NCBI GenBank assembly: GCA_965656495.1
Contig: CBFHKU010000002.1
Location: 32,001 to 96,000 of the forward strand
Direction of reading: 5' to 3'
From: Coraliomargaritaceae bacterium
Lineage (GTDB): Bacteria; Verrucomicrobiota; Verrucomicrobiia; Opitutales; Coraliomargaritaceae
Length of the DNA: 64,000 nt
Each line of letters begins with the position of its first letter. The first letter of the stretch is position 1. A model generated the notes under the pieces. The model saw only the letters and a program-made list of their open reading frames with translations, ran no database searches and was not told where the DNA came from. The position numbers were made by a program, and so were the translations under genes. Shown piece by piece: positions 39,165 through 56,167 of this stretch.

Positions 39165-40070
39165 ATGAAAATTCTGCTCACCGGGGCCACCGGCCTCCTT
39201 GGAAACGCCTATGCTCAAGCGGCACTGCGGCGCGGCCATACCCTCACCGCCCTGAGTCACTCTCAGCCCTGCACCCTTCCCGGCATCGCCGAGAACCTGC
39301 GACTGGATGCCACCGACCCTGAATCCTTAACTGAACTTATCCTCCAGCTTTGGCCCGATGTCATTGTCAATTGCGCCGCCCTCTCAAACCCCCAAACGGT
39401 TGACGCCGAACCCGATCAAGCACGCAAAATCAACATCGACCTCCCCCGCCACCTCGCCCAACTCAGCACCCACCTCGGCGCCCGCTTTATCCACATCTCA
39501 ACCGATATGGTCTTTGATGGCCAGAGCGACAGCCCGTATCGCTCCACTGATATGCCGGCCCCCACCAATCTGTACGGGCAAACCAAACTCATGGCCGAGC
39601 GCGAGGTACTGGCCCACAACAAAGAAGATCCCGTTGTCCTGCGAATCCCCATTCTAATGGGCAACAGCCCCTCCGGCTCAAGGAGCGTTCATGAAAAAAT
39701 TCTCGCCGCGATTAAGAACCAGGAAGCACTCAAACTCTTTACCGACGAATTCCGCCAACCCTGCTCCGCCGGAAACGTGGCCGAAGTCATGCTTGAACTT
39801 TCCGAACGCCGCGACCTGCACGGCCTCTTTCATTGGGCCGGTTCAGAAGTGCTCAGCCGCTTTGAAATGGGGCAACGCATCCTCAAACATCTCGGGCTCC
39901 CCACCGAAGCCATCACCGCAGCCCAAATTGCCGACGACCCCGCTCATAAAGACCGCCCGCGCAAGCTTGCCTTCAACCTCAACCCCATTGTCAGTAAGCT
40001 TAAAACCAAACCCATCGACTTCCAGGAACAACTCGAGGAAATCACCTTTATCGAGCCGCTTCGGGCCTAA
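39165..40070 (+). CDS. RmlD-like (dTDP-4-dehydrorhamnose reductase family) SDR
   Basis: LTGATGLLG, VNCAA, HISTDMVFDG, YGQTK, LFTDEFR. Confidence 0.85.
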   Translation: MKILLTGATGLLGNAYAQAALRRGHTLTALSHSQPCTLPGIAENLRLDATDPESLTELILQLWPDVIVNCAALSNPQTVDAEPDQARKINIDLPRHLAQLSTHLGARFIHISTDMVFDGQSDSPYRSTDMPAPTNLYGQTKLMAEREVLAHNKEDPVVLRIPILMGNSPSGSRSVHEKILAAIKNQEALKLFTDEFRQPCSAGNVAEVMLELSERRDLHGLFHWAGSEVLSRFEMGQRILKHLGLPTEAITAAQIADDPAHKDRPRKLAFNLNPIVSKLKTKPIDFQEQLEEITFIEPLRA

Positions 40071-40076
40071 CAATCC

Positions 40077-40793
40077 ATGCTCATCGCCCTACCCAACGCC
40101 TACGGTGACGCCGCTCAAAACATGGCGATTGATGCCGCGCTGCTCCACGACCTCCCCCGCGATACCGCCCTCTTCCGCCATTACGGCTGGACCGAACCCG
40201 CCATCACTTTTGGCTACACCCAAAAATGGCTCGCCGTGAAGCAGCTCTTCCCCGATGAGCTCCAATTCTGCCGCCGCATTACCGGAGGCGGCATCGTCGA
40301 CCATCGCAACGACTGGACCTACAGTATTCTCCTCTCCCGCAGCCTCCACGTTGGCGATGCCCCGCCCACCCAAATCTACCTGGAACTACACCAGAGTATT
40401 CTCGGGATCTTACAGCAGGACCAGATCCCCTGCCGCCTCGCCCCCTGCCCCCGCAATTGCGAAACCACGCCCCCCCAGCCCGCGCCTTTCGCCAGTCAAT
40501 GCTTTGTCGAAGCCAGCGCCAACGACGTCTTGCGCCCCGATGGTAGCAAAATCGCCGGGGCAGCCCTCAAACGGACCCGCGAAGCCCTCCTCGTGCAGGG
40601 CTCCATCAATCGCGAAAACCTCCCGAAGAGCTTTGATTACGCCCGGTTCCAAAACCGCTTCCTCAACGCCATCAGCCAAATCTGGGATATCCCCATCTCT
40701 CAACCCGATGACCTCCGGCCCTTTTTCCAAAGCGAGCATATCACCCGCGAAAGAACCCGTTTCAACGACCCCGAATGGCTCCAAAAGCGGTAA
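40077..40793 (+). CDS. Lipoate-protein ligase A / LipM-like protein
   Basis: NMAIDAALL, RHYGW, RRITGGGIVDH, KIAGAA. Confidence 0.85.
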   Translation: MLIALPNAYGDAAQNMAIDAALLHDLPRDTALFRHYGWTEPAITFGYTQKWLAVKQLFPDELQFCRRITGGGIVDHRNDWTYSILLSRSLHVGDAPPTQIYLELHQSILGILQQDQIPCRLAPCPRNCETTPPQPAPFASQCFVEASANDVLRPDGSKIAGAALKRTREALLVQGSINRENLPKSFDYARFQNRFLNAISQIWDIPISQPDDLRPFFQSEHITRERTRFNDPEWLQKR

Positions 40794-40854
40794 ATTTTGG
40801 CCTGCCTGCAGCTTGACCTTGCCACCCGCGCACCAAGCTCCAAATTAAAGCTAC

Positions 40855-44574
<3,720 letters not shown>

Positions 44575-44576
44575 CC

Positions 44577-45512
44577 ATGTCTCTGCGTAAGCAACTGAGA
44601 GAAAGTTTTCGTCAGAAATCCAAGGACCGGGACTTCTGGTTTAACCTCCTGCTTTTTGCCAGCCTCGGCCTTATTTTTTGGCCGTTTACTCAATGGCTTG
44701 CACACAGTGCCCACGAGCAAAGCCGCATCCTCAACGCCTTTATCATTCTAGCCTTTGCGGTCTTCAGCCTGGTCTATTTCAACCGGATTGCGGTCAAAGA
44801 TCCCCTCACGCTCAACCCCCCTGCGCGGAACGGCCTGATCCTTGCCTACCTCTGTCTTTTGTCGGCCTTTTTCCTGAGTCGCCTTACCGAACCAAGCCTC
44901 TTGCGGAATCTCGCCCTCAGCATCTTAAGCGTGACCGCCTATTGTAGCGCCCTCAGCGCCTTTGTGCTATTCCTCTTTGGCACACAACTGCGCCGCATTG
45001 CCTACACCGCCTGCGGTACCTTCGGGGTTTTCATCTTCCTCAGCACTTTTATGGGTGCGCTCGATTGGCCCCTTCGCACCCTCGCCGGAAAATGGAGCGG
45101 CAACCTCCTCGGGTTCCTCGGAAAATCAGTCGAGCTCGGCATTTCAGAAAGCCCCCAAATCGCACCCCGCCTCATCCTCCTCGTCGATCAACATCCCTTC
45201 CATGTCGCCTCCGAGTGCAACGGTTTCGGCGTCATCCTTACCAGCCTCCTCCTCGGGCTAATGCTCGCCCTCTATCAACGACTCACACCACTCGAGCTAC
45301 TCGTAAACATCACCACCGCCCTCTTCATCGGTATTACCTTCAATATCCTGCGCATTGTCATCATCGTCCTCCTCGCCCCAAACATGATGACGCATTACGA
45401 CCTGATGCATGAAGTCGTGGGTGTGCTCAGCTTTTGGACCTGCCTGCTCTCGATTTGGGTTTTATTGGGCGGCCCCACCCGCTCCCTGGAAAATTCAAAC
45501 TTAAAAGCCTAA
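44577..45512 (+). CDS. Exosortase/archaeosortase family protein
   Basis: Multi-TM with a Cys-Arg-His triad pattern: [20 protein letters not shown]. Confidence 0.85.
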   Translation: MSLRKQLRESFRQKSKDRDFWFNLLLFASLGLIFWPFTQWLAHSAHEQSRILNAFIILAFAVFSLVYFNRIAVKDPLTLNPPARNGLILAYLCLLSAFFLSRLTEPSLLRNLALSILSVTAYCSALSAFVLFLFGTQLRRIAYTACGTFGVFIFLSTFMGALDWPLRTLAGKWSGNLLGFLGKSVELGISESPQIAPRLILLVDQHPFHVASECNGFGVILTSLLLGLMLALYQRLTPLELLVNITTALFIGITFNILRIVIIVLLAPNMMTHYDLMHEVVGVLSFWTCLLSIWVLLGGPTRSLENSNLKA

Positions 45513-46528
45513 TCCTCAACGCCGCTTTCCTCGGCGCGCACCGAGAGTACCGCCTTCAATAAAGCGCCCTTCAAAGCATCGAAGCCCTCATCCGACACAC
45601 AGGAAATCGGGTATAGCGGATGCTTACACTTCTTCTCAAAAACCTTGAGGTTTTCCGGCGCATTCGGTTCATCCATTTTATTTGCCGCAACCAAGACCGG
45701 TTTGCGCGACAAAGCCGCCTTATAAAGCTTCAATTCGTTCTGCAGCACCCGTAAATCCGCGATGGGTTCACGGTCATCGGTGCCTTGCATATCGATCATG
45801 ATAAGCAAAACCTTGCAACGCTCCACATGCTTCAGGAAACGATGCCCCAAGCCCCGGTTATCACTGGCACCCTCCACCAAACCCGGAATGTCCGCCACCG
45901 TGATCCGTTCAAACGCCTCCGGAAATTCCAATACTCCCACCGTCGGGAAAAGCGTCGTAAACGGATAGGCACCCGTCTTCGGATGCGCATTCGTGATCAT
46001 ATTCAACAAAGTTGATTTCCCCGCGTTCGGAAATCCGATCAAACCCACATCCGCAATCGTCTTGATCACCAAACGGTAGTCACCCGATTCACCCAATTTC
46101 CCCAGTGTAAATTCCCGTGGCGCTTGATTGGTCGAAGATTTAAAAACGGTATTGCCCTTTCCCCCTTCACCGCCTTCCAACAATAGCACCCGCTGCCCGT
46201 GCTCCGTCACCTCCGCGACCATCGCATCCGTTTCCCGGTCATAGACCACCGTGCCAACCGGGAGCTTCAGTTCAATATCCTCACCCTTCGCACCGTATTG
46301 ATTGCTTCCCCGCCCGGGTTCGCCGTTGCGCGCCTTCCAACCGGGCTTGAAATGATACGTGGTCAAATCCGCAACGTTCTCGTCCGCCACCAGATACACA
46401 TCCCCGCCGCGGCCACCGTTGCCGCCATCCGGGCCCCCCTTCGGTTCATATTTCGCCCGGCGAAAACTAAAGCAGCCGTCGCCGCCCTTCCCCGCTGAAA
46501 AGCTTACTTTCACTTCATCGTAAAACAC
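45509..46528 (-). CDS. obgE: GTPase ObgE/CgtA
   Basis: [35 protein letters not shown]. Confidence 0.96.
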   Translation of the reverse strand: MFYDEVKVSFSAGKGGDGCFSFRRAKYEPKGGPDGGNGGRGGDVYLVADENVADLTTYHFKPGWKARNGEPGRGSNQYGAKGEDIELKLPVGTVVYDRETDAMVAEVTEHGQRVLLLEGGEGGKGNTVFKSSTNQAPREFTLGKLGESGDYRLVIKTIADVGLIGFPNAGKSTLLNMITNAHPKTGAYPFTTLFPTVGVLEFPEAFERITVADIPGLVEGASDNRGLGHRFLKHVERCKVLLIMIDMQGTDDREPIADLRVLQNELKLYKAALSRKPVLVAANKMDEPNAPENLKVFEKKCKHPLYPISCVSDEGFDALKGALLKAVLSVRAEESGVED

Positions 46529-46592
46529 CCATCACCTTTGCCCGCCCGACATAGGCATTGCAACTGCAAAGCACATCCCACATCTCTATTCT

Positions 46593-47534
46593 GTGGTTCA
46601 CGATAAAACAGTCGCCGTCATCGATGTCGGAAGCAATTCCATCAAACTCCTCGTTGCCGCTGCGGCGCTCCCCCATTCCCCCGTCGAGGCCCGCTTCACC
46701 GAAACCATCGAGACCCGTATCAGTGCCGGCATCAGCCACGCCAAACCCGAACTCACCGACCGCGCCATGGACGCCGGTAGTGCCAGTATCAAAGAACTCC
46801 TGCGTCTTGCAGAAAAATTTGACCCGATTGCCATTCAAATCGTTGCAACCAGCGCAGTACGCGATGCCCACAACGGCATGGATTTCATCGACCGCATCAA
46901 GAACGAGACCGGTCATATCATACAAGTCCTCAGCGGCGAGCAGGAAGCCAGCTACATTGGAGGCGGACTCACTTGTGACCCGCAATTGCAGGACCTCCAC
47001 AACTTTCTGCAAATGGACCTCGGCGGCGGAAGCCTCGAACTGGTTCGTTTTGCAAACAATACAATCGAGCAGGCGGTCTCCCTCCAACTGGGGTCGGTAC
47101 GCTTGAGCGAGGCATTCCTGAAGGATCGCGATGCCCCGCTGGCATCCGATACTCAGGCGCAAATCCGCGAACACGTCCACCGCGCCCTCTCCCTTGCCGC
47201 ATTTGATTTTCAGCCCACCCACTGGCCGATCCTTATGACCGGTGGAGCCGCCACCGTCACCCGAGCGATCCTCGCCGCCCGCAACAACCAGGCCATCGAC
47301 GAAATCTCCCCCCGGCTGGAACTGCAGACCCTTTCCGCCTTGCGCACCGAACTCGCTGCGCTTCCGTTGCATGAACGCCTCTCCGTTCCCCACCTGCCCG
47401 CGCGCCGCGCCGACATTCTCCCAGTCGCCCTGCTTACCATTGAAACCCTCCTGCAATTCGCCGGGCGCGACGCAACGACCCATTCCTTCTACAACTTGCG
47501 CTATGGAGTGGCCCGCGAGGCGCTCAAGACGTAG
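46593..47534 (+). CDS. ppx: Ppx/GppA exopolyphosphatase family
   Basis: [40 protein letters not shown]. Confidence 0.9.
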   Translation: MVHDKTVAVIDVGSNSIKLLVAAAALPHSPVEARFTETIETRISAGISHAKPELTDRAMDAGSASIKELLRLAEKFDPIAIQIVATSAVRDAHNGMDFIDRIKNETGHIIQVLSGEQEASYIGGGLTCDPQLQDLHNFLQMDLGGGSLELVRFANNTIEQAVSLQLGSVRLSEAFLKDRDAPLASDTQAQIREHVHRALSLAAFDFQPTHWPILMTGGAATVTRAILAARNNQAIDEISPRLELQTLSALRTELAALPLHERLSVPHLPARRADILPVALLTIETLLQFAGRDATTHSFYNLRYGVAREALKT

Positions 47535-48462
47535 GACGCAAGGCCGCCTCCAAAGATTTGAAATCTGCCGGTAAGGCTGCTTCAAAGCGCTGCTCTGTCC
47601 CCGTTTCCGGGTGCGGCAAACGCAATTCAGCCGCATGCAACATCACCCTCGGCACCGTCACACCCTTCAAAGCGTTCGCCTTAAAACCATAGGTGCTGTC
47701 TCCCAAGAGGGGATGCTTCAAAGAACTCATGTGCACCCGTATTTGATGCGTACGCCCCGTGTGAATCACGCAGGAAACCCGCGCCGCCCGTTCTTCAAAA
47801 ACTTCCTCCACTTTCCAATCGGTGTGCGCAGTGCGCCCACCTGCCTGAACTGCCATGCGCGTACGATGCACCGGATGCCTGCCGATCGGCTCGCGACAGG
47901 AACCGGATTCCACTCGCGGCACGCCCATCACCAATGCCGCGTAGCGTTTGTAGGTACTGCGTTCACTGAAAGCCTTTGCTAAGCGATGGTGCGCCAGATC
48001 CGTCTTTGCCACCACAATCAAGCCCGTGGTCTCCTTATCCAGACGATGCACAATTCCCGGTCGTTCCGGGCTCCCCACCGAGCTCAATCCCCCCTTCGTG
48101 TGATGCAGGAGTGCGTGCACCAGCGTGTCCTCACCCGTTCCGCTCCCGGGGTGCGTAATCATGCCCGCCGCTTTATTCACCACCACCATACAGGCATCTT
48201 CAAAAACAATCTCCAACGGAATCGCCATCGCGCGCGGACCCTCGCCACTATCAAGTTCCTCCAATTCCGCCCGCAAAAGCCCCGGCCCGTTCAATTTGTG
48301 GCGCTTTCCAATCACCGCCCCTTCATAAGTCACCTTGCCCGCCTCAAAGGCCCGTTGGAGCCGTGCCCGGCTCACATCCTCAAACGCCGCCGCAAAGACT
48401 TTATCCGCCCGTTCACCCTGCACCGTTTCCGGAACATGGCATTCAATCAAACGCTCAGCCAT
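47524..48462 (-). CDS. rluD: RluA/RluD family 23S rRNA pseudouridine synthase
   Basis: S4-like N-terminus, [34 protein letters not shown]. Confidence 0.9.
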   Translation of the reverse strand: MAERLIECHVPETVQGERADKVFAAAFEDVSRARLQRAFEAGKVTYEGAVIGKRHKLNGPGLLRAELEELDSGEGPRAMAIPLEIVFEDACMVVVNKAAGMITHPGSGTGEDTLVHALLHHTKGGLSSVGSPERPGIVHRLDKETTGLIVVAKTDLAHHRLAKAFSERSTYKRYAALVMGVPRVESGSCREPIGRHPVHRTRMAVQAGGRTAHTDWKVEEVFEERAARVSCVIHTGRTHQIRVHMSSLKHPLLGDSTYGFKANALKGVTVPRVMLHAAELRLPHPETGTEQRFEAALPADFKSLEAALRPTS

Positions 48463-49399
48463 CACTCACCTGTTCACGTGCCCATGCCACGTCTTGCGCA
48501 ATTTGCGCCCGCAAGACCGCCTCCGTTTCAAACTTCTGCTCACCACGTAGGAAATCGAGCCATTCGACCTCTACCAACGCACCGGCATCCAGTTCTGTTC
48601 CATCCAGCGCATGTACCTCCAGAGCCGGCTCTGCGGTTTCCGAAACTGTCGGCTTCACCCCGTAGTTTGCAATACCATCCTCCCATTGGCTTGCGCCCGC
48701 AGCCCGCAGCCGCACCCGATAAACCCCAAAACGGGGCAGGCATTCGGGAGCCCAGGGCAAATTCAATGTCGGGAAACCAAACTCGCGACCCTTCTTCGCG
48801 CCCGCAACCACCTTTCCGGTAAAACCATAACGATAGCCCAAAAGGGCATTCACCGATTCAATCGCGCCATTTTCCAGAGCCTCACGAATACGGGTACTGC
48901 TGATTGCTTCCCCATCATGCTGTAATCGTTCCACCACCGTGACACTCAAACCAACGGCCTCACCCGTCTGTTTTAACAGTGCCGCATCGCCCGCCCGTTG
49001 CCGCCCAAAGCGGAAATTTGAACCCACCGAGATCCCTTTTAGGCTCGGCATCGCTCCCTTCAAAAAGGAGGCAAAATCCGCAGCCTCAATCGCCGCAAAT
49101 GCAGCATCAAATTGTTTCCCAATCACAACCTGAACCCCTTCACCGTGCAACAAAGCAATCTTTTGCGAAATCGGTAGAATCAGGCGCGTGCCCTCCGCCC
49201 CCCGGAATAAACGGCTCGGGTGCGGATCAAAGGTCAAGACCCCACTCACCCCACCTGCATCCCCGGCAGCGGTGACCGCTGAACCAACCACCGCCTTGTG
49301 GCCGCGATGCATCCCATCAAAGACCCCAATCGCCAAATACAAGGGCAACTCCAGGCCTTGCAACGCCTCAAAATCAGATACCCTCGCAGGAAAATTCAT
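48455..49399 (-). CDS. ribF: Riboflavin kinase / FAD synthetase
   Basis: [33 protein letters not shown]. Confidence 0.95.
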   Translation of the reverse strand: MNFPARVSDFEALQGLELPLYLAIGVFDGMHRGHKAVVGSAVTAAGDAGGVSGVLTFDPHPSRLFRGAEGTRLILPISQKIALLHGEGVQVVIGKQFDAAFAAIEAADFASFLKGAMPSLKGISVGSNFRFGRQRAGDAALLKQTGEAVGLSVTVVERLQHDGEAISSTRIREALENGAIESVNALLGYRYGFTGKVVAGAKKGREFGFPTLNLPWAPECLPRFGVYRVRLRAAGASQWEDGIANYGVKPTVSETAEPALEVHALDGTELDAGALVEVEWLDFLRGEQKFETEAVLRAQIAQDVAWAREQVSDG

Positions 49400-49408
49400 C
49401 GTATTTGC

Positions 49409-50125
49409 TTAAAGTGCGTGACTCGGTACCGCTTGTAAGACCGGAATCAAATGTTTGCGCAGGGCGGTCGGAGTCGCCTCCGCCAAGACCTCCAAGGTGC
49501 TTCCGTTTTCAATTCTAAAATCCCCAATCCCGGTGCGGCGCAACACATTCAAATGCGCCCCGCAGCCAATTTTTTCGCCGAGGTCATGCGCGATCGTCCG
49601 CACATAGGTCCCCTTACTACAGGCCACTAAAAAAGAGATCTCCGGCGAAACAAAGTCCGTCATTTCAAAACGACTGATATGGATCACTCTCGGCTCCCGC
49701 TCCACCGTCTTTCCCTTGCGCGCCAATTTGTAGAGCGGTTGTCCGCCCACCTTCTTTGCCGAAAACATCGGGGGCGTCTGATACTGGTCACCCACAAAGG
49801 TTTTCATTTGCGCCAATACCTCTGCTTCGGTCAATTCCGGAACCGGGCGTTCCTCCACAAGCTCGCCCTCCGCATCCTGCGAGTCCGTGCTTTGCCCCAA
49901 TCGCAAGGTTCCGGTGTATTCCTTGTCCATGCTCATGAGGTATTGCGAGACCTTCGTCGCCTTACCCACCAGAATAATCATGAGGCCCGTCGCCATCGGA
50001 TCCAGCGTGCCGGCATGACCCACCTTTTTCATGTGAAAAATTCGCCGTACCCGATCCACCACATCATGCGAGGTGATGCCCTTGGGTTTGTCGACCAATA
50101 GAATGCCTTCTGGATCCTGATTCAT
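49409..50125 (-). CDS. truB: tRNA pseudouridine-55 synthase
   Basis: [28 protein letters not shown]. Confidence 0.96.
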   Translation of the reverse strand: MNQDPEGILLVDKPKGITSHDVVDRVRRIFHMKKVGHAGTLDPMATGLMIILVGKATKVSQYLMSMDKEYTGTLRLGQSTDSQDAEGELVEERPVPELTEAEVLAQMKTFVGDQYQTPPMFSAKKVGGQPLYKLARKGKTVEREPRVIHISRFEMTDFVSPEISFLVACSKGTYVRTIAHDLGEKIGCGAHLNVLRRTGIGDFRIENGSTLEVLAEATPTALRKHLIPVLQAVPSHAL

Positions 50126-50128
50126 AAT

Positions 50129-51145
50129 TTATTTTTTGGCTGGCTCCGGCGGCGTGCCCAATGCTTTGAGATGTTGATCAATCGCTTCGATTAGGGTCGC
50201 CCGAAAGTCATGCAAGCTGCACCCCTGCATATTCAAGCCCGCCGCGCAGGCATGGCCACCCCCGTTGAATTGCTGCGCCACTTGATCAACGCGGTAAAAC
50301 GGATCTTTTGAACGCAGGCTTCCCTTAATCGCACCGTCGCGCACCTCCAGAAAAACACCCACGTCCACATCCCGAATCGAGCGGGCGTAATCCACCAAGC
50401 CCTCCGAATCATCCACACAGGCGCCGCAGTCCGCATAGACTCCGTCTTCAATCATACCCACACAGACCCGGCCGTTCAGTTCCAACTTTAAGGAGGCGAG
50501 GAAATGTTGGAGCAGCTTGAATTTCCCAAAGCTTTCATTCTCGTAGAGCTCAAAGGCCGCCGCTGCGGGGTTCGCCCCCAATTCACAAAGGCGACGCGCA
50601 ATTTCAAAGGTCTCCGGAGTTGTTGATGGAAAACGAAACTGTCCCGTGTCCGTCGCAATACCCACATAAAGATTTTGCGCGGTGAGCGGATCCACTTCGT
50701 AACCATTATCAAAGCAAAAGCCCGCCAAGACCTCTGCCGTGGCGCAGGCCGTACCGATTATCAAATTCTTCCGAGCGTAGGCCTTGTTCGAAATATGATG
50801 ATCGATGTTCAAGTCGATCTCCGGGAAGCATTCCTGTAGTCGGTCCCCAATGCGTTTGCGGTCGGCGCAATCCACCGTTACCGCTACATATCCCGCCGCT
50901 TCAAAATCCTCCGCCCGCAGCAGCGGTGTGTCTCCCACAAAGGCTTTCAGGTTTTCCGGCACCGCATCACGGTTCACCGCTTCCGCCTCAATTCCCATCG
51001 CATTCAAGATCCGCGTCAGCGCCACCATCGACCCAATACAATCGCCATCCGGGCGAAAATGCCCCAGCACCGCTACTTTTGAGCCACGCAGATCTTCGAT
51101 TGCTTCGGCAAAAACCGCACTCTCCTCAGGATAATATTTATTCAT
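50129..51145 (-). CDS. nrnA: DHH family phosphoesterase (NrnA)
   Basis: [30 protein letters not shown]. Confidence 0.92.
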   Translation of the reverse strand: MNKYYPEESAVFAEAIEDLRGSKVAVLGHFRPDGDCIGSMVALTRILNAMGIEAEAVNRDAVPENLKAFVGDTPLLRAEDFEAAGYVAVTVDCADRKRIGDRLQECFPEIDLNIDHHISNKAYARKNLIIGTACATAEVLAGFCFDNGYEVDPLTAQNLYVGIATDTGQFRFPSTTPETFEIARRLCELGANPAAAAFELYENESFGKFKLLQHFLASLKLELNGRVCVGMIEDGVYADCGACVDDSEGLVDYARSIRDVDVGVFLEVRDGAIKGSLRSKDPFYRVDQVAQQFNGGGHACAAGLNMQGCSLHDFRATLIEAIDQHLKALGTPPEPAKK

Positions 51146-51488
51146 GGGTATCACTTTCATTCAAGTCGTCGAGTAGTTCATTGATATAGGCCCCCCGCTC
51201 CATGGAAGGGTCATAACAAAATTCAAAATTAGGGAAGTATTTCAGAATGACCCGTTTCTTTACGCGGTCTCGCAAATCGCGACCGACCCGCCGAAATAGG
51301 TTCCGCGCTTTGTCAACCGCTGCCGCATCTCCGATCACGGAGTAATAAATACGCGCCGAGCGCAGGTCGCTGCTCGTATCGACACTGCTGATCGTAATGG
51401 GGGTGGCCTCACCACGATAGCGCTGGTGCAACTGCTCGCTGATCTCGCGCTGCAACAATTCGTTTACCCGTGTAATACGTTTCGACAT
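51138..51488 (-). CDS. rbfA: Ribosome-binding factor A
   Basis: [22 protein letters not shown], downstream of infB. Confidence 0.93.
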   Translation of the reverse strand: MSKRITRVNELLQREISEQLHQRYRGEATPITISSVDTSSDLRSARIYYSVIGDAAAVDKARNLFRRVGRDLRDRVKKRVILKYFPNFEFCYDPSMERGAYINELLDDLNESDTHE

Positions 51489-51533
51489 AAATTCAAGGGA
51501 TGGGACCTTAATTTGCCGCGCGTGAAATCACCC

Positions 51534-53942
51534 TTAGCGCAAGGAAGGACGGATCTCCTCAACCTCAAAGCATTCAATGCTGTCGCCCTCTTCGTAGGCG
51601 TCATAGCCTTCAACATTCACCCCGCACTCGTAACCGGCACGGACTTCCTTCACGTCGTCCTTAAAGCGTTTGAGGGTTGAAATCTTGCCCTCGTGCACCA
51701 CTTCACCCTTGCGCACCACACAGGCTTTTCCGGAGCGCGTGATCGTTCCCTCGGTGACCATACAACCCGCCACCGCGCGGCCCTTGCCGAGACTGAAGAC
51801 TTGGCGTACTTCCGCCGCACCGCTCTTGCTCTCACGCAATTCCGGTTCCAGCAGCGCCGCCATCTCTTCCTCTACTTGATCCAACAATTCGTAAATGATC
51901 TCGTGCTGGATGATCCGAACATCGTGATGCTTCGCGATTCCCTGCACCCCGGTATCCAGTTTCACGTTAAATCCAATGATGCATGAACCGCCCGCTCCCG
52001 CGAGGGTGACGTCATTCTTGGTAATGTTGCCCACCCCTACATGGATGATATCGAGATCAACCTTGTCGCTTTCAATTTCTGTGAGCGCATTCGCCAGCGC
52101 TTCCGCCGAACCGTGGACATCCGATTTCACGATCAAACGCAGGCATTTCTTCTGCTGTTTTTCAATCGCCGCAAACAAATCTTCTACCGTTGCGCCACCG
52201 CTTTCCTTGGCCTCGCCCTCCTGCTGGCGTGTATTAGCATCCCGCTTGCGTTGGTAGGTAATCTCCTCCGCTTCGCGCTTCGCGGTCTTTTCGTTTTTGC
52301 AGGTCACGAAACGATCCCCCGAAGCCGGAACCCCGGACCAACCCAACACCTTCACCGGAGTGGAAGGCGGAGCCGCGTTCAAGGTCTTGCCGTTTTCATC
52401 CATCAAAGACTTCACCCGGCAATAGGCTTCCCCACACAAGAGCGCATCCCCACGCTTCAGTGTTCCTTTTTCAACGATCACCGAAGCGGTCGGTCCACGA
52501 CCGTGTTCAATTTGAGATTCAATAATAATTCCCGAGGCCGCACAGTCCGGATTCGCCTTTAATTCAAGCACCTCCGCCTGCAGAAGAATCATATCCAACA
52601 AATCCTCGATATTGGTACCGTTCAGTGCCGAAACTTCCACCGTGACCGTTTCGCCGCCCCAATCCTCAGGCGCGATACCCTTCTCCTGCATCTGTTGCTT
52701 CACGCGGTCCACGTTCGCCCCTTTTGCGTCGGTCTTGTTGATCGCCACCACGATGGCATTGTTCGCCTGTTGTGCAAATTTCAAGGCCTCCTCCGTCTGC
52801 GGCTTGAAGGCATCATCCGCCGCAATCACCAAGACCGCGATGTCCGTTACATTGGTTCCACGCGCCCGCATCATCGAGAATGCCGCGTGACCGGGAGTAT
52901 CGATAAAGCTGATCTTCTGACCGTTGTGCGTCACTTGATACGCACCGATATGCTGCGTGATGCCACCCGCTTCGCCGGCGGTCACATTCGCCTTCCGGAT
53001 CGTATCGAGCAAAGTGGTCTTACCGTGATCGACATGCCCGAGAATACACACCACCGGTGGGCGATCCTTCAAAAAGCGCGGGTCATCGTCGTCAACCTTC
53101 TCGACTTTGGGCTTTTGAGCACCCCCTTCACCTTGTTCGCCACGGTGATGGATCTCCAATTCAAAACCATGACGCGAGGCCAACACTTTCGCAGTCGATT
53201 CCTCAATGCTTTGATTCATCGAGGCAAAAATTCCCATCTCCATCAATTCCGAGATCAGCTTGAATGGCTTCAGTCCCAACTCGAGGGCGAAATCACGCAC
53301 CACGATCGGAGGCTTCACGTGCAGCACTTTTTTCTCAGCTCCCTCAGTATCACTTGAAGCCTCAGGAGAAGGCTCGCTTCCCTCGCTTACTTCACTCGTT
53401 TTCTGGGGAACCGGCGGGGCAGATGGCGCAGGCGGTGATCCCGCCGGAATCATCGGCGGGGTGCTCGGCGGACGGCTCGCGGGAACGGGCGGCGGGGTTG
53501 TTTTGGCAACCGGTGGCGCCTTGGGAGGTTCCGGCGAGGAAATGGTGACCGCAGGGGTTGGGGGCGTTCTCGGTGCGGGAGGTGTCGGCTTCGCAACGGG
53601 CGGTGGTGGTACCGCACGCGCCGCTTCCTTCGCAGCCTCTGCTTTCTCCGCCGCCGCGCGTGCCTCGCGCTCGCGCTCGATATCAGCCTTGCTCTTCACG
53701 ATCACCCCTTCCGGCATGACCGGTCCTTTGGCTTTTGGAGCTTCCACTTCGCTTTTGCTTTCCGAAGCATTTGGCTCCACAGCTTCCTTCGATCCAAATT
53801 CCTCCACCAGCGATTCCGCTGAAATATTGTCAACGGTGCTGGAGGCGCTCTTGACCTCGTATCCACGCTCACGCAGGAGTTCAATCAACTCCTTGTTGTC
53901 CATTCCGATTTGCTTAGAAAGCTGGTGTATGCGAACGCTCAT
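51534..53942 (-). CDS. infB: Translation initiation factor IF-2
   Basis: [34 protein letters not shown]. Confidence 0.98.
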   Translation of the reverse strand: MSVRIHQLSKQIGMDNKELIELLRERGYEVKSASSTVDNISAESLVEEFGSKEAVEPNASESKSEVEAPKAKGPVMPEGVIVKSKADIEREREARAAAEKAEAAKEAARAVPPPPVAKPTPPAPRTPPTPAVTISSPEPPKAPPVAKTTPPPVPASRPPSTPPMIPAGSPPAPSAPPVPQKTSEVSEGSEPSPEASSDTEGAEKKVLHVKPPIVVRDFALELGLKPFKLISELMEMGIFASMNQSIEESTAKVLASRHGFELEIHHRGEQGEGGAQKPKVEKVDDDDPRFLKDRPPVVCILGHVDHGKTTLLDTIRKANVTAGEAGGITQHIGAYQVTHNGQKISFIDTPGHAAFSMMRARGTNVTDIAVLVIAADDAFKPQTEEALKFAQQANNAIVVAINKTDAKGANVDRVKQQMQEKGIAPEDWGGETVTVEVSALNGTNIEDLLDMILLQAEVLELKANPDCAASGIIIESQIEHGRGPTASVIVEKGTLKRGDALLCGEAYCRVKSLMDENGKTLNAAPPSTPVKVLGWSGVPASGDRFVTCKNEKTAKREAEEITYQRKRDANTRQQEGEAKESGGATVEDLFAAIEKQQKKCLRLIVKSDVHGSAEALANALTEIESDKVDLDIIHVGVGNITKNDVTLAGAGGSCIIGFNVKLDTGVQGIAKHHDVRIIQHEIIYELLDQVEEEMAALLEPELRESKSGAAEVRQVFSLGKGRAVAGCMVTEGTITRSGKACVVRKGEVVHEGKISTLKRFKDDVKEVRAGYECGVNVEGYDAYEEGDSIECFEVEEIRPSLR

Positions 53943-53985
53943 AAATTAGGTGGATGCCGTGGTATGCTGTATCGAGTAGGTGTGT

Positions 53986-55236
53986 TTAGGTGTTTTGCGA
54001 GAGGTAGGCGTTAACCCGATCCAAAATCAATGCGGCCTCGTCTGCCGTAAAGCCTGCATCCGAAAGATCCTCCGCTCCAACGCCCTCAAAGGCCTCCGGG
54101 CTCGTAAATCCATGGGTCACCAAGCGCTCCGCCAGCGCCGGTTCAATGCCGGGGATCATATTGATTCCCTGCACCGCCTTCGCGATCTTCTGGTCAAAAC
54201 CGACCGCTTCCTGCTCGACCTTGCCGATGTCCAGCTTCCAACCCAGCAGACGCGAGGTCAGCTTGGCGTTGAAACCACGGCGGCCAATTGCGATCGAAAG
54301 ATCATCTTCCGCAACTTCAAAGTGGATCCGACGCTCGCCTTCATTGATGCGAATATTCTTCGGTACCGCGGGCTTAAGTGCCTCCTCCAGCAGTTGAATC
54401 GGGTCACTGTAATGGCGGATGATATCAATTTTTTCACCGCCCAATTCACGCACGATGGTCTTAACACGGGCACCGCGGGCACCCACACAAGCGCCTACCG
54501 GATCGACCTTGGGGTCCGCACTGTGCACCGCGATTTTAGTACGGTAACCCGCCTCGCGTGCCATCGCTTCAATCACGACCGTGCCGTCCGCGATTTCCGT
54601 GACCTCCAGTTCGAAGAGACGACGGACAAAATTTATATTGGAACGGGAAAGGATGATATCGGGGCCGCGGTTGGTCTGTTCGATCTTCAACAGGAGGCAA
54701 CGAATACTCTCGCCCGGTGCGTAATCCTCACCCGGTACGCGCTCGCGTGGCGGCAGAATCGCCTCCGCTTTACCGAGATCCACAACCAGGTCACCCCGAT
54801 CGCGGCGGCGCACCGTTCCCGTCACGATATCACCCACCGTGTCCTTGTAATCATCATAAATGCGGTCCTTCTCAAATTGACGAATGCGCTGCATGATCGC
54901 CTGCCGGGCCGTCTGCGCCGCGATGCGCCCGAGGAAAGCCGGGTCGATTTCCTTCTCTATGACCCCTCCGATTTCCGCTTCGGGAGACAATTGACGCGCT
55001 TTCTCGATATGAATTTCAGAAGCGGAGTCGCTGACTGAATCCACAACTTCGAGGGCATTCCATGCCTTTAAGGCGCCCGTCTTGGGGTTGATCTCCACCC
55101 GCACCTCTTGCGCGGAGCCGACCCCCCGTTGGGCGGCGCTGGCGATCGCTCCGGAGATCGCCGAGATCATGTCATCCCGCGCGATTCCCTTTTCCTTCTC
55201 CATGTATTCAAGAACGGATAATATTTCGTGGCTCAT
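53986..55236 (-). CDS. nusA: Transcription factor NusA
   Basis: [44 protein letters not shown]. Confidence 0.97.
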   Translation of the reverse strand: MSHEILSVLEYMEKEKGIARDDMISAISGAIASAAQRGVGSAQEVRVEINPKTGALKAWNALEVVDSVSDSASEIHIEKARQLSPEAEIGGVIEKEIDPAFLGRIAAQTARQAIMQRIRQFEKDRIYDDYKDTVGDIVTGTVRRRDRGDLVVDLGKAEAILPPRERVPGEDYAPGESIRCLLLKIEQTNRGPDIILSRSNINFVRRLFELEVTEIADGTVVIEAMAREAGYRTKIAVHSADPKVDPVGACVGARGARVKTIVRELGGEKIDIIRHYSDPIQLLEEALKPAVPKNIRINEGERRIHFEVAEDDLSIAIGRRGFNAKLTSRLLGWKLDIGKVEQEAVGFDQKIAKAVQGINMIPGIEPALAERLVTHGFTSPEAFEGVGAEDLSDAGFTADEAALILDRVNAYLSQNT

Positions 55237-55249
55237 TGTAGGTAAAAAT

Positions 55250-55274
55250 AAAAAAAGCGAGACAAGCCCGCTCT
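55250..55274 (-). terminator. Leader terminator/attenuator upstream of nusA (rimP-leader-like)
   Basis: Minus strand AGAGCGGG-CTTGT-CTCGCTTTTTTT about 14 nt before the nusA ATG; TTGACA at 55328-55333 further upstream. Confidence 0.7.
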
Positions 55275-55446
55275 AAAGCTATGCTGTATAAATTGCGAAG
55301 AACCAAAATTGGAATGCCAAGGGGATTTGTCAAGCTATCGCTTGGACCGCCTTCAGTTTAGTCTTGCGCTGGAACCCCCTAAAAGCCCATAAAACAGAAC
55401 CCTGCTAAAGGATTCCCAGGGCGCCCTTCCGGCAACGACTGAATTC

Positions 55447-56160
55447 ATGAAAACCGTCCTTATTTATTCCGGTGGTCTCGATTCCACCGTCCTGCTTTAC
55501 CATCTCCTAGCGGAGGGAAAGGAGGTCCGCGCCCTCTCCGTCGATTACGGGCAGCGCCATGCCTGCGAACTCGACCATGCCGCCGCGATCTGCGCCGCCC
55601 GCCAAGTCCCCTTCCAACGCGCCGACCTCTCCGGCATCCGTCCCCTCCTTGCCGGGAGCAGCCTCACCTCCCCCGATATTCCCGTCGCAGAGGGCCATTA
55701 CACCGAAGCGAGCATGAAATCGACCGTGGTTCCAAACCGCAACATGCTCCTCCTCGCCCTCGCCACCAGCTACGCCCTCAGTTCCGGCGCCGCCGAAGTC
55801 GCCTATGCCGCACACCACGGGGATCACGCCATTTACCCCGATTGCCGCCCGGAATTTGCCGACGCCATGGCCACCGCGATCGGGCTCTGCGACTGGGATT
55901 CCGTGCGCCTCAGCCGCCCCTTCGTAGATTGGAGCAAGGCCGATATCGCAAAACGCGGCGCGGAACTGGGCGTCCCGTTCGAGCAAACATGGTCCTGTTA
56001 CAAGGGCGGCAAACTCCACTGCGGGCGCTGTGGCACCTGCATCGAACGCCGCGAAGCCTTCGACCTCGCCGGAATTGACGACCCCACCCCCTACGCCGAA
56101 GACGCTCCCGACCTCCAAACCCTCCGCGCCAACCACTGGCACCTGACCAATCCTTCTTAA
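55447..56160 (+). CDS. queC: 7-cyano-7-deazaguanine synthase
   Basis: [30 protein letters not shown]...HCGRCGTC. Confidence 0.96.
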   Translation: MKTVLIYSGGLDSTVLLYHLLAEGKEVRALSVDYGQRHACELDHAAAICAARQVPFQRADLSGIRPLLAGSSLTSPDIPVAEGHYTEASMKSTVVPNRNMLLLALATSYALSSGAAEVAYAAHHGDHAIYPDCRPEFADAMATAIGLCDWDSVRLSRPFVDWSKADIAKRGAELGVPFEQTWSCYKGGKLHCGRCGTCIERREAFDLAGIDDPTPYAEDAPDLQTLRANHWHLTNPS

Positions 56161-56167
56161 TCGCATC

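Noticed and set aside
53400..53625. Pro-rich repeats in IF-2 as a separate repeat element
   Set aside because: Ordinary variable low-complexity linker in the IF-2 N-terminal region.
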